DNA from: Acidobacteriota bacterium | GTDB taxonomy: Bacteria; Acidobacteriota; UBA890; WLXD01 | Assembly: GCA_965248695.1 (NCBI GenBank) | Contig: CBDFKD010000002.1 | Coordinates: forward strand, 832,001-896,000 | Length of the DNA: 64,000 nucleotides | Direction of reading: 5' to 3' | In this document: one piece after another, positions 1-9,496 of the stretch | Layout of the letters: each line of letters starts with the position of its first letter | How positions within the stretch are numbered: the stretch's first letter is position 1 | Position numbers and translations under genes: made by a program | Notes under the pieces: model-generated | What the model saw: the letters and a program-made list of their open reading frames with translations, nothing else | Told to the model about the DNA's origin: nothing | Databases searched by the model: none

Positions 1-1237
1 GCCTCGGTGAGCTGCGCGACTCCGGCAACGTTGTTTGCGCGGCGTTCAGGCCGAGGCGGAAATCGTTGTCGCTGAACGTCGAGAAGCGATCGGTGGGCTG
101 ATGCCAATTCGGATCCCAGCCTGCCCCGATCTGCGCACCGCGCTCGTTTTCTCGCAGGCTGATCGCAGGCACTACATCCATGAAGGGCGTGGAGTCCGTG
201 TTGGTCATGTGCGGACCCACGGTTGCCGGATAGTCGGTCGCGTACGCGTCGCTGGCTGCCTTGAGTAGAAATGCCAGCTGGCGAGATTCCGCCGCCATCG
301 CGGAGTCCGATTGATACTCGATGTTGACGTCTGCCTCGGGACGCTGATCTCGACTCACTGTACCGTCAGCGCGCGGCGCGCCGTGGTCAAATAGCATCAT
401 GTCGTGCTGGATCATCCGCAGCCAACGCGGCTCCGGATAGCGGCCCGATCCGGCCGGCTCCTCCTGGCCCTGCAGTGCCTGGCGCTGCTCCACATAGGCG
501 CGGCTGCCGTTGAGGCCGGTCTCTTCGTTGTTCCACAGGGCGAAGCGGATCGAGCGCTCGGTGCGCACGTCGGGCGCGTTGAAGACGCGTGCCAGTTCCA
601 TGACGATGGCGGTCCCCGAGCCGTCGTCGTTGGCCGCCTCGCCCCAGCCGTGTCCGTCCATATGCGCACCGACGATGTACATCTCTTCCGGGTGCGTGGC
701 GCCGACCTTGGTGCAGTAGACCTCCTGGCGTTCCCCGTCCACGGCCGGTTCACGGTTCAGCTGGCGCAGTTCCTCGTCGGGCTGTGCCATCGGGTCGTTG
801 TTCACGCCAGTGTGGCCACGATAGCCGAAGATCGAGCTGCCGCCGGGGCCGGACCCGTTCCGTCCGACCAGACCTCCAGTCGAGGTCTTGAGGCCAGGAT
901 CGTCGTCGGCCTGCGGCCAGCGTCGCCGCCGCCGTTCTGGAGCGTTCTCCGGCGGAAAGACGTAGGTGACACGTCCGGTGAGCGTGCACCCGTACGACTT
1001 TAGCTCCTCCTCGATCCAATCGATCGCGTCGCGGTTGCGCTGGGTTCCCTGTCGTCGATCGCCGAACTTCGTCAGGCCCTGGAGGGTGGCTTTGTACTGG
1101 GTCAGGTCGAGCCTGCTGACGAGCATCCGGACCGGGTCGTTGTCGGACTCGACGCCTTGCTCTTGTGCCGGACTGGCGCTGCCCGCGCTCGCCGCCAGTA
1201 GGAGACTCGCTGTCAGAAACGGGAGTTTCGCTCGCAT
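1..1237 (-). CDS. M28 family secreted metallopeptidase, runs off the window edge
   Basis: Hand translation from ATG 1237: signal peptide MRAKLPFLTASLLLAA, then IVGAHMD, ANDDGSG, WNNEETGL, TNTDS and WHQPTD motifs; absent from the ORF track because the 3' end is open. Confidence 0.85.
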   Translation of the reverse strand, partial: MRAKLPFLTASLLLAASAGSASPAQEQGVESDNDPVRMLVSRLDLTQYKATLQGLTKFGDRRQGTQRNRDAIDWIEEELKSYGCTLTGRVTYVFPPENAPERRRRRWPQADDDPGLKTSTGGLVGRNGSGPGGSSIFGYRGHTGVNNDPMAQPDEELRQLNREPAVDGERQEVYCTKVGATHPEEMYIVGAHMDGHGWGEAANDDGSGTAIVMELARVFNAPDVRTERSIRFALWNNEETGLNGSRAYVEQRQALQGQEEPAGSGRYPEPRWLRMIQHDMMLFDHGAPRADGTVSRDQRPEADVNIEYQSDSAMAAESRQLAFLLKAASDAYATDYPATVGPHMTNTDSTPFMDVVPAISLRENERGAQIGAGWDPNWHQPTDRFSTFSDNDFRLGLNAAQTTLPESRSSPR

Positions 1238-1319
1238 ATCGTGTCTCCGGATTGGTCGGGTTCTAGAGATCCACGCCGACTCGGCATGTGTGGCTGTGGG
1301 TACGGTGGCTGGTCTCCGG

Positions 1320-1679
1320 TCAGTTCGTCTTCTTCACATAGGATTGTCGACGGCCCGTCAACACGATTGCCGGTACCGTCAGCAGCAGCGTCCCCAATTT
1401 GTACCAGGAGGGTTCGGCGCCGAGCTGCATGGCGAGGTTCGCCAGCGTCGCCAGGGCAACCAACCCGCCGACGATTGCGCTCGCCAGCCTGCCGTGGGGG
1501 CCAGCGATCACCGTTGTCGCCAGACCTGAGCCCAGCCCGATCAGAAGCAGGCCGACCAGCGCCACCAGCGCTCTCACTGCTCCCGCGCCCGCCATTGCCG
1601 TCCCGACCAGCAGCATACTTGCCGCGGCGAACGACAAGTACCCGACCACGATCCCGACGATGGTACGTAGAGCGCTCAC
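1320..1679 (-). CDS. Small 4-TM membrane protein
   Basis: 119 aa hydrophobic ORF with a PSWY motif before the last TM segment. Confidence 0.7.
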   Translation of the reverse strand: MSALRTIVGIVVGYLSFAAASMLLVGTAMAGAGAVRALVALVGLLLIGLGSGLATTVIAGPHGRLASAIVGGLVALATLANLAMQLGAEPSWYKLGTLLLTVPAIVLTGRRQSYVKKTN

Positions 1680-1813
1680 GAAGGACCTCTCCGATTGGTT
1701 GGACGCCGAGCGCGATCGCTGGCGTGACGGCCGTCCGTCGACGCCCTGCCTCGAAGAAACGAGCGACTCGAACGGCGGATGGTGATGGTCACCGGCGACG
1801 ACTTCCGTCGCCG

Positions 1814-2263
1814 TCAGCCGCTAGCGACGATCAACCGCCGCACTGTCCAGGCTGAAAGCGGAAAGTAAATGGCCTCGGCTGCGACGCCCGCTCCCGCTTC
1901 TTGCCATGAGTAGCCGGGAGCGATCGCCTGCCCCACCTCGACGACGGCATACATCAGCCACCAGGCTCCGGCGTAGCCGAGCCAGCGATCGCGCAGCGAA
2001 TCGCGCCCCAGGTGGAAGATCGCCACGAATCCGAAGGCGACGCCCACCTTCATCACGATGACACCGGTCAGGAAGGACCCGGACCCGTCGCTAGGTGGCT
2101 CGAGGCCCGTCAAGACGGCAAGAGCTCCGTACGGGATCAGCGGCGCGACAAACATGATTGCGAACGTGGCCAGGAACGCCAGAATCAACTGCTGGGTGCC
2201 TGGCGTCGAGTCGTGGCTCATTCTGGCCTGCCTGTCGTTGCGTCGTTGCTCGCTGCACCCCAA
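1814..2263 (-). CDS. Membrane protein (about 4 TM)
   Basis: Hydrophobic ORF; the true start is probably the ATG at 2221 (MSHDS). Confidence 0.7.
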   Translation of the reverse strand: MGCSEQRRNDRQARMSHDSTPGTQQLILAFLATFAIMFVAPLIPYGALAVLTGLEPPSDGSGSFLTGVIVMKVGVAFGFVAIFHLGRDSLRDRWLGYAGAWWLMYAVVEVGQAIAPGYSWQEAGAGVAAEAIYFPLSAWTVRRLIVASG

Positions 2264-2400
2264 CGTATGCTGCAGCGCCTTCTCACGCGGACCCCTCCGT
2301 GTCCTGCAAGCCTTTCACAGCATGTGGCACGCGGCGACCGATGACGACGCCACCGGCGAGGATAAGTGACCTGACCCCGCGGTTAGTACCATGTCTTATC

Positions 2401-3294
2401 TCAGTAACTCGGTGCTGACAAGAGGTTGTTGAGGCCGGCGAAGCGGAGCGCAGCCGGCTTCAACAACGTCGCTTCGGGTGCGGGCGGCCGATAGCTCAGC
2501 GAGCTGTGCGGTCGCATGCGGTTGTAGTGCTGACGCCATCTCTCGATCAGAACCTTTGCCTCCTTGAGCGTGTAGAAGATCTCTCCATCCAGCAGCTCGT
2601 CGCGTAGCTTGCCGTTGAAGCTCTCCACGTAACCGTTCTCCCACGGCGAGCCCGGCTCGATGAACAGCGTCCCCACGCCCAACCGGCCCAGCCAGTCGCG
2701 AACCGCCTCGGCGGTGAACTCTGGTCCGTTATCCGACCGGATGTGCTCAGGTATGCCCCGGTGTACGAACAACCTCCCGAGCTGCTCCAGCACGTCCTCA
2801 GAGTTGAGCTTCCGTGCTACATGGATCGCCAGGCTTTCTCGTGTGTACTCATCGACGATCGTCAGCAGCCTCATAGCCCGACCGTCGTGCGTCCGGTGGT
2901 GCAGGAAGTCATACGCCCAGACATGATCCCGGTGCTGTGGGCGCAGCCGGATGCAGGAGCCATCGCTCAGCCACAGCCGTGCTCGTTTGGGCTGTTTTCT
3001 CGGTACTTTCAGCCCTTCGCGCCGCCAGATACGCTGCACTCGTTTGTGGTTCACGGACCAGCCCTCCATGCGCAGCAACGCTGTCACCCTCCGATATCCG
3101 TAGCGCCCGTACTGTCGGGCTAAATCCACGATCCGCTCCGTCAAAATCTGCTCCTGTTGCGGCTCTCTTGGCACGTACCGGTGTGTCGTGCGTGGTTGTT
3201 TCAGTACCCGACACGCCCGCCTCTCCGAGACGCCCAGCCGCCCCCGTACATGTGCCACCGCCTCTCGCCGCCGAGCTGGGCTCAGAAGTTTCCC
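2401..3294 (-). CDS. IS3 transposase OrfB (DDE integrase core), entered by -1 frameshift
   Basis: YGYRR, WAYDF, IRSDNGPEF and PWENGYVESFNGKLRDE motifs; slippery site G GGA AAC at 3294-3288. Confidence 0.95.
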   Translation of the reverse strand, partial: GKLLSPARRREAVAHVRGRLGVSERRACRVLKQPRTTHRYVPREPQQEQILTERIVDLARQYGRYGYRRVTALLRMEGWSVNHKRVQRIWRREGLKVPRKQPKRARLWLSDGSCIRLRPQHRDHVWAYDFLHHRTHDGRAMRLLTIVDEYTRESLAIHVARKLNSEDVLEQLGRLFVHRGIPEHIRSDNGPEFTAEAVRDWLGRLGVGTLFIEPGSPWENGYVESFNGKLRDELLDGEIFYTLKEAKVLIERWRQHYNRMRPHSSLSYRPPAPEATLLKPAALRFAGLNNLLSAPSY

Positions 3295-3560
3295 TCCGCC
3301 ACTTCCTTCAGGATCGACAGGTCGAGTTCCTTTTCCGCCACCAGCCTCTTGAGCCGGGCATTCTCCTTCTCCAGTTGCTTGAGCTTTCTGGCCTGGTTGA
3401 GCTTCAGTCCGCCGTACTCTCGCCGCCACCGGTAGTAGGTGTGCTCGGTGATTGCTAGCTTGCGGCAGGCATCCTTGACCGTCGCCCCTCGAGCCAGCTC
3501 CACCTCAGCCTCCCGGAGCTTGCGTACGATCTGCTCGGCGCTGTGCCTCTTACTCGGCAT
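3282..3560 (-). CDS. IS3 transposase OrfA (HTH)
   Basis: MPSKRHSAEQIVRKLRE...YYRWRREYGG...LEKENARLKRLVA. Confidence 0.95.
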   Translation of the reverse strand: MPSKRHSAEQIVRKLREAEVELARGATVKDACRKLAITEHTYYRWRREYGGLKLNQARKLKQLEKENARLKRLVAEKELDLSILKEVAEGNF

Positions 3561-3638
3561 TCTGACCTCCCGTTCTTGACCCAGATCGTGAGATTACATC
3601 CGGATCCGTTTTCGGGGGTCAGGTCACAGGCTGGTCTG

Positions 3639-3673
3639 TTGACTGTGGATAGAACTGTGGAAGATACTCCACA
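3639..3673 (+). promoter_or_regulatory. TA promoter/operator
   Basis: TTGACT-N18-GATACT; boxes TGTGGA (3644), TGTGGA (3656), TCCACA (3668); ATG only 7 nt after the -10 element. Confidence 0.6.
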
Positions 3674-3675
3674 TC

Positions 3676-3909
3676 ATGGCTACAATTCAGATCGTTCTGG
3701 ACGAAGAGCTGTTGCGCGCCGCCGACGAGGCGGCCGAGCGCCGGAAGGTGAATCGTTCGGCGCTTATTCGCCGGGCCTTGAGGGACTTGGTACGCGGCGA
3801 TCGGCTGAGCGACCTGGAACGCCGAGATCGTGCGGGTTACGACAGCCTCCCTGACGGCGGGGCGGATCTGGCGGTCTGGGAGGACATTCTCGAGTGGCCG
3901 GTAGATTAG
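3676..3909 (+). CDS. CopG/RHH antitoxin
   Basis: MATIQIVLDEELL...NRSALIRRAL RHH pattern; acidic C-terminal tail; overlaps the toxin gene. Confidence 0.85.
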   Translation: MATIQIVLDEELLRAADEAAERRKVNRSALIRRALRDLVRGDRLSDLERRDRAGYDSLPDGGADLAVWEDILEWPVD

Positions 3910-4244
3910 TGTCGCGGCTCCAGCGCGGCGAGATCCGACTTGTCAGTTTCGCCTCGCCGGACAAAGTCCGACCGGCCCTCGTCATCACCCGCGACAGCGC
4001 CCTGGGCTACCTGAACACCGTAACCGTGGCCCCGATCACGTCGTCGATCAGAGGGGTGCCGTCCGAGGTCCGGCTCGGAGTCGACGATGGCATGAAGCGC
4101 GAATGCGTCGTCAACCTGCACCACCTGGCGACAATTTCCCGTGATCGGCTCGGGCGCCGCCTTGTGAGCCTCACGGACGAGCGGATGCGCTCCGTATGCC
4201 GGGCGATCGGCTTCGCGCTGGGGTGTGAGGACCGGTCGAGGTAA
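3894..4244 (+). CDS. mazF: PemK/MazF family toxin
   Basis: RGEI...DKVRPALVI...VTVAPITS motifs; start at 3894 or 3909. Confidence 0.9.
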   Translation: MAGRLVSRLQRGEIRLVSFASPDKVRPALVITRDSALGYLNTVTVAPITSSIRGVPSEVRLGVDDGMKRECVVNLHHLATISRDRLGRRLVSLTDERMRSVCRAIGFALGCEDRSR

Positions 4245-4320
4245 AGCTCGTATCTGTGCGGATCGATGATCAGCGACCATCCGATATCCGGGCGGCCGCC
4301 TTAGAGTGAACGGTTAACGC

Positions 4321-4415
4321 CTACGGCGCTCCCGGCGCGTCCTTCGCACACCTGAAACCGGTGTCCGGGTAGCTGTTGGACTGCAGGTCGCTGGTGCGCC
4401 GCGAGGCGCGATCAG
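4321..4415 (-). pseudogene. C-terminal remnant of a formylglycine-generating-enzyme (FGE-sulfatase) domain protein
   Basis: Translates RASRRTSDLQSNSYPDTGFRCAKDAPGAP*; GFRCA is the typical C-terminal motif of this domain; no start codon. Confidence 0.5.
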
Positions 4416-4447
4416 CCCTGGCCTCCCGTCCCAGGAGTTGTCACGCA

Positions 4448-4649
4448 TCACCCTGCGTTCGCCGGGATCATCGTTCCTGGGGTGACGACCTCGTCCGCGG
4501 CCAAGTCGGGATGGTGCTGTCGTAGTCGGCTCGCCACGTCCGCGTAAATGCGGACTTCGCGGCCGCTGTTGCGAATGGCGAGGTCAGCAAGATCGGCCGC
4601 CGCCTCGGTCAGGTTGCTCCGTGCCTGCTCGTAGGTCCTCGGGATGGCC
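4448..4649 (-). pseudogene. C-terminal remnant resembling a zeta-toxin-like P-loop ATPase
   Basis: AIPRTYEQARSNLTEAAADLADLAIRNSGREV resembles the RY..S..NL..A...AD...DNSG pattern; no start codon. Confidence 0.35.
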
Positions 4650-4756
4650 CTCAGAGTCGCCCCTCGGTACGGGCTAGCGAACGAGCGCGGCCTGGATTCG
4701 CGCCGGGTTTCCTGCCAAGTTCATCCTGTCGTTCTCTCACCTGAGAAAACTGCGCC

Positions 4757-6139
4757 ATGACCTCGACGCGAAGAGCCTTCCTCATCGGAGCGGCAGCAGT
4801 GGGACAGATCGCCGCGCTGGGACGGCGCGTCGCGGCCGCTGTGAGCGGACGATCGATGCCCGCGAGTGCTGCCCCCGCGCCGACGCGCACTGTCCAGCTC
4901 CCCCGTACCCACGAGCCGTTCGTGTCCCACGGGCCATTCGTGGGACACCTCACGCACACCAGTGCTGCGGTGTGGGCACGGTGTTCGGAGCCGGGTGTCT
5001 ATCGCCTCACTGCCCGGGGCGGCAGCACGAAGGAGCCCCGGATGGCGACAGCCGAGGCGACGGTCGAGAACGATCTGTGCGTCGTGTGGCAACTGACAGG
5101 ACTACGGTCACAAACGAGATACGCGTACGAGGTTGCCTATCAAGATCAGCCGATCTTCGGCGACGACGACGCCTTCTTCGTGACACCCGCCCCCGAGGAC
5201 ACGCCGACGATCGTCCGACTAGCGGTCGGATCGTGCGCCTTTGAAGACAGTGGATCGGCTGCGGTTTGGCGTCGAATGTCCGCTACGGATCCACATGCCG
5301 TCGTGCTCCTGGGAGATACGCCCTATATCGACACGACAGCGCTGGATGTTCAGCGCACTCGATATGGTGAGTTCGCCGCGATAGCGGATTTCGCCGACCT
5401 GCTTCGCAACAGATCGCTCTACGCCACCTGGGACGACCACGATTTCGGCCAGAACGACACCGATGGACGACTCGACGGCAAGGTGAACGCGCGTCGGGCA
5501 TTCGTCGAATATCATGCCAACCCGTCGTACGGAGACGGCAGCGAAGGGATCTACACGAAGTTCCGGCGTGGTGGCGTGGAGGTGTTCTTGCTCGACACCC
5601 GATACTTCGCCGGCACCGAGCCCTCGCCGGCCTCTGCCGACCATCCGACGCTACTCGGCCAGCAACAGTGGGAGTGGTTGCGCCAGGAGCTACGAGCCTC
5701 GACCGCCCCCTTCAAGCTACTGGCGTCGGGAATGATCTGGAATGGAGCCGTGCGCCCAGGCAAGCCCGATCACTGGGGAAGCTATCATCGGCATGAGCGG
5801 GAGGCGCTATTTCGTTTCATCGGCGAAGAGCGAATCCCGGGAGTGGTGCTGGTCGGCGGCGATATCCATCGCACCCGCGTCCTGCAACACCGAACCACCG
5901 GAACGGCCGGCTACCCGCTCACGGAGCTCATCACCTCGCCTATCCATGACAGCATCATCGACACCGCCAACGCACCGCACCCCGCTCTGGTCCATGACTC
6001 GGGTGAGCCGCATGCGTTTCTTCTCGTAACGGTCGACACGACGGTGACACCCCCGATCCTCGTCGCCCAGTTCCAGAACGCGGCGGGACGCGAGCTGTAC
6101 TCGCTGACGCTGAACACCAAGCAGTTGTCAACGGAGTAG
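4757..6139 (+). CDS. phoD: Alkaline phosphatase D family protein with Tat signal
   Basis: TRRAFL twin-arginine signal; GSC, LGDTPY, WDDHDF, LDTR and GDIH motifs. Confidence 0.9.
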   Translation: MTSTRRAFLIGAAAVGQIAALGRRVAAAVSGRSMPASAAPAPTRTVQLPRTHEPFVSHGPFVGHLTHTSAAVWARCSEPGVYRLTARGGSTKEPRMATAEATVENDLCVVWQLTGLRSQTRYAYEVAYQDQPIFGDDDAFFVTPAPEDTPTIVRLAVGSCAFEDSGSAAVWRRMSATDPHAVVLLGDTPYIDTTALDVQRTRYGEFAAIADFADLLRNRSLYATWDDHDFGQNDTDGRLDGKVNARRAFVEYHANPSYGDGSEGIYTKFRRGGVEVFLLDTRYFAGTEPSPASADHPTLLGQQQWEWLRQELRASTAPFKLLASGMIWNGAVRPGKPDHWGSYHRHEREALFRFIGEERIPGVVLVGGDIHRTRVLQHRTTGTAGYPLTELITSPIHDSIIDTANAPHPALVHDSGEPHAFLLVTVDTTVTPPILVAQFQNAAGRELYSLTLNTKQLSTE

Positions 6140-6151
6140 GTGCTCGGCGAG

Positions 6152-7846
6152 CTACTCCGCTCGGTAGCGGACCAGGCCATCGATGATGGTCGCCTCGACC
6201 TGCATATCCATGAGGCGTTCGGGGTCGGTGAGCGGATCCCCCGTCAAGACCACCAGATCCGCCAGCTTGCCGGGCTCGATGGAGCCCTTGACGTCGTCCT
6301 CGAATCCGGCCCGGGCGGCCCAGATCGTGTGCATGCGGATCGCGTCCAACGGCGAGATTGCCTGTTCAGGCTCGATTTGTTCGCCATCACGGTTGGTACG
6401 AAGCACCTCGCGGGCGAAGCTGAAGAGCGGGTTGATCGAGAACGTCTGAGTACCTGCCGAGTCGGCGTTGCCGGGCGGCCGAAACCCCATCTCCAGCAGC
6501 TTGGCATACGGGTAACGAATGTTCTCCGATGGTGGGCGCGGTCGACTTCCCCACATGAACGAGGCGGTGGGGACGGCGATGACGCCAAGCTCGCGCGCAC
6601 GGGTAAGTGCCGCTTCACCCACCTCTCCCGCCATGTAGTTGCCCAAGTGCTCGATGCGGTGACGGTGGTCCTGATCCGGCCGCGCGATGAGCGCCGCCTC
6701 CACCGCATCAAGCGCCAGATCCTGCGCTTTGTCGCCGATCGCGTGGATCCAGAGTTGCCAGCCGGCCTCGTGGGCTGCGGCAACGTCGCTGTTGAGCTGC
6801 GCGACGCTCCGCGTGAGCCCGAAGTTCGGGATCCCCTCCCGTTCCCGACCGTAGGTCGCCGACGCCTCGCCGTCGCCGTCGACGAACATCTTGATCGCAC
6901 CGACACGCAGCCATTCGTCGCCCATGCCCGAACGCACCCCGAGCGCCAGGATGGTCGCCATGTCACCGAACGGCTGGTGGCCGGGCGCGGCGGTGAAGTT
7001 CAGATGGATCCGTACCGGCAACTCTCCGTCGTCGTGCAGCTGCTGGTAGGCACGAACTCCTCCGGTCGTCGCCGGCAGGGCGTAGACGGTCGTTACGCCG
7101 GTTTTCATCCACACGTCTGCGAGCGTGTCCCGGATGGCCTCGCGCAGCTCGTCGTAGGGCAGCGGCGGCATCGGGAACACATCGAAGGCCTCCCGGAAGA
7201 TCCCGGTTGGCTGGCCGTCGGGACCACGATCGATGCGACCGCCCGGCGGATCCTGGAAGTCCCCGTCGATGCCGCTCATCTCGATTGCCTTCTGATTGGC
7301 GACCTGGCGGTGCATGCTCCAGCGCAGCACCACCGGATGGTCCGGCGCAACGCGGTCCAGCTCCTGCTTGCTGGGCATCTCCTGGCCGTACGTCCCTTGC
7401 CCCAGGATCCAGGAGCCAGCAGGTAGCTCGGCCACCTGCTCGGCGACCTTGTCGAGGACGTCAGCGCTGGATTCGAGCGGCGGGCTGTGCACCCGCAGGA
7501 TGAGGTGCTCGGAGCGCGCCGTGTGCTCGACGTGATTGTGGGAATCGATGAAGCCGGGCAACAGGCTCTGGCCGTCGAGCTCGATGACCTCGGTCGACGA
7601 CCCGATCCAGGGCTCGATGTCCCCGCTGGAGCCTACGGCGGCGATCCGGTTGCCGACGATCGCCACCGCCTCATGGAGGCTCCCCTGATCGTCCACGGTG
7701 ATAACGTTGCCACCCCGGAGGACCAGATCGGCGCGCTGGACGTCCCCTTGCCCCGCAGTGCAGGCGCCGCCGGCGCCGAGAACGACAGACAGCAGAAGCA
7801 GCACACTTCGAGCGTCTCTGCGATTTGCAGTCAATGGCATCCCCAA
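6152..7846 (-). CDS. Amidohydrolase 3 (YtcJ-like) lipoprotein
   Basis: PGFIDSHNH, KMFVDG, HAIGD, RIEH and GSIEPGKLADLVVL motifs. Confidence 0.9.
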   Translation of the reverse strand: MGMPLTANRRDARSVLLLLSVVLGAGGACTAGQGDVQRADLVLRGGNVITVDDQGSLHEAVAIVGNRIAAVGSSGDIEPWIGSSTEVIELDGQSLLPGFIDSHNHVEHTARSEHLILRVHSPPLESSADVLDKVAEQVAELPAGSWILGQGTYGQEMPSKQELDRVAPDHPVVLRWSMHRQVANQKAIEMSGIDGDFQDPPGGRIDRGPDGQPTGIFREAFDVFPMPPLPYDELREAIRDTLADVWMKTGVTTVYALPATTGGVRAYQQLHDDGELPVRIHLNFTAAPGHQPFGDMATILALGVRSGMGDEWLRVGAIKMFVDGDGEASATYGREREGIPNFGLTRSVAQLNSDVAAAHEAGWQLWIHAIGDKAQDLALDAVEAALIARPDQDHRHRIEHLGNYMAGEVGEAALTRARELGVIAVPTASFMWGSRPRPPSENIRYPYAKLLEMGFRPPGNADSAGTQTFSINPLFSFAREVLRTNRDGEQIEPEQAISPLDAIRMHTIWAARAGFEDDVKGSIEPGKLADLVVLTGDPLTDPERLMDMQVEATIIDGLVRYRAE

Positions 7847-7874
7847 ATTGTCTTGCTCGCAGAACGGTCGACTA

Positions 7875-9194
7875 TCACACCACCGAGATCTCGATCGGCA
7901 ACTCGGAGAGCAAGCGAGCCCCTTCGGGCTCGAAGACGAACGACTGCATCAGCGACTGGCCCATCAGGCTCTCGTAGTTGGTGACCATACGATCCTGGAA
8001 CACCCAGCCATCCGGGTCGTCGCCCAGGCCGATGACGCTGAAGGTGTCACCGTCGTTACGGCGCCCGAACGACCACACGAAGGGACCGACCCAGTCGGGC
8101 GGGAAGCTGATGCCCAGGTCGTAGCCGAAGCCCCGCGGATCCAGACCGACTTCGTCGTAGTACTCCCTGAGCGCGTTGCAGACATCCGCAATCGGGGTAC
8201 CAGCGCGGCCGTGCTCGCTGATCACCGCGAACGAACCGGCGTTCTTGGCATACGCCTCGACGGCCTCGGCGGGTGGCTCTCCGATCCAGTAGGTGCGAGA
8301 CGTGTTGGCGTGATAGCGGTGTGCAACGCCGCACAGATCGGCGAACAGTGCGTCGCCCTGCTTCAGGACCTTGCGCGACGGACACGCATGCGAGCCTCTG
8401 GGGTTTCTGACCCCGCAGATCAACGCCGGCGTTCCACCTCCGGCCGCAAACATCCCCCGCAGGGCCTCACCGTACATCTCCAGCTCGGTGACCCCTGGGT
8501 GCAGGGCGGCACGGATGGCCTCGTGGCCGGCGTCGCAGATTCGCCCGGCGTCGTCCATGACGGCGATCTCCTCGGCCGACTTGACGAGCCGAACGTCGCG
8601 CATCACGTCGCTGCTGTCGACGACCGTACAGCCAGCGTTGGTGAAAGCCGCCTCGAGGGGCTCCGCCAGCACCGGAGGGGGCCTGTAGCTCCACCGGTCG
8701 ATGCCCACCGTGCCTCCGAGCCATCCTTCCGCCCGCAGCTCATCGATGACGAAGTCGATGCCGCCTTGGAGGACGCGAAAGTCCTTGACCACCGTGATGG
8801 CGTCCATCGTGCCTTGATGGCTGCCGCTGTCGAAGTGAATCAGCTTGTCGTGGTCTACATGTACGGCGGTCCCGGAGCGCGGCAGCCAGCCCTTCGGCGA
8901 GTTGCCCTGGTACCAGTTCAGGATCATGCCGTGCAAGTAGCACATCCCCTCCGGCAGCATCACCCACATCATATCGATGTTGTCCTGCGCCATACGCTCG
9001 CGCACGCGCCGCAACCGATCCTGGTATTCAGCCTCCGAGAACGCCGGCTGCAGCTCATCGACACCCACCGGATTGCGTTCTTGCGCCGCTGCGGGCAGGC
9101 CGCTGACGGACCCTGAATCGCCGCACCCGGCCGCCATCGCTGCTGCTGCGGACGAGCCCAAGAAAGCCCGACGGTTGATTGCACTCTTGGTCAT
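7875..9194 (-). CDS. M24 family (creatinase/ectoine hydrolase DoeA-like) protein with Tat signal
   Basis: NRRAFL signal; FSEAEYQDRL, VKSAEEI and GYDLGISFPPDW motifs. Confidence 0.8.
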   Translation of the reverse strand: MTKSAINRRAFLGSSAAAAMAAGCGDSGSVSGLPAAAQERNPVGVDELQPAFSEAEYQDRLRRVRERMAQDNIDMMWVMLPEGMCYLHGMILNWYQGNSPKGWLPRSGTAVHVDHDKLIHFDSGSHQGTMDAITVVKDFRVLQGGIDFVIDELRAEGWLGGTVGIDRWSYRPPPVLAEPLEAAFTNAGCTVVDSSDVMRDVRLVKSAEEIAVMDDAGRICDAGHEAIRAALHPGVTELEMYGEALRGMFAAGGGTPALICGVRNPRGSHACPSRKVLKQGDALFADLCGVAHRYHANTSRTYWIGEPPAEAVEAYAKNAGSFAVISEHGRAGTPIADVCNALREYYDEVGLDPRGFGYDLGISFPPDWVGPFVWSFGRRNDGDTFSVIGLGDDPDGWVFQDRMVTNYESLMGQSLMQSFVFEPEGARLLSELPIEISVV

Positions 9195-9496
9195 TGGCTG
9201 AACCTCCCCAGATCGTTGGGCCGCCATCACGATCGCCGAGGTCTCCGTAGTTGTGGAGGAAGCTGATGGCGACGCCGACCAGACATTGCGGCGATTTAAT
9301 TCGACCGGGGCTGCGGTGTCCAGGGATCGAGCCGGGGGTGGGTCAAATACTCACCGCGGCAATGAGGACTGCTAGCCTTGGCCGGCGAAGGGTCGCTCCC
9401 GATATGGGGCGACCAATTGGCTGAAACAGGGACCCCGTCGAGGGATCTTGTTGACGCGATGACGAAGTACAGAAATGGAATAACCAGGAGATCTCC

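Larger units (their letters stand above)
2367..3626 (-). mobile_element. IS3-family insertion sequence (IS407-like), 1260 bp
   Basis: Terminal inverted repeats TGACCTGACCCC / GGGGTCAGGTCA with TG...CA ends; orfA and orfB overlap. Confidence 0.95.

Noticed and set aside
3295-3429. OrfB starting at 3429 as given in the ORF track
   Set aside because: This region is the -1 frame of orfA; OrfB is most likely entered by frameshift at G GGA AAC
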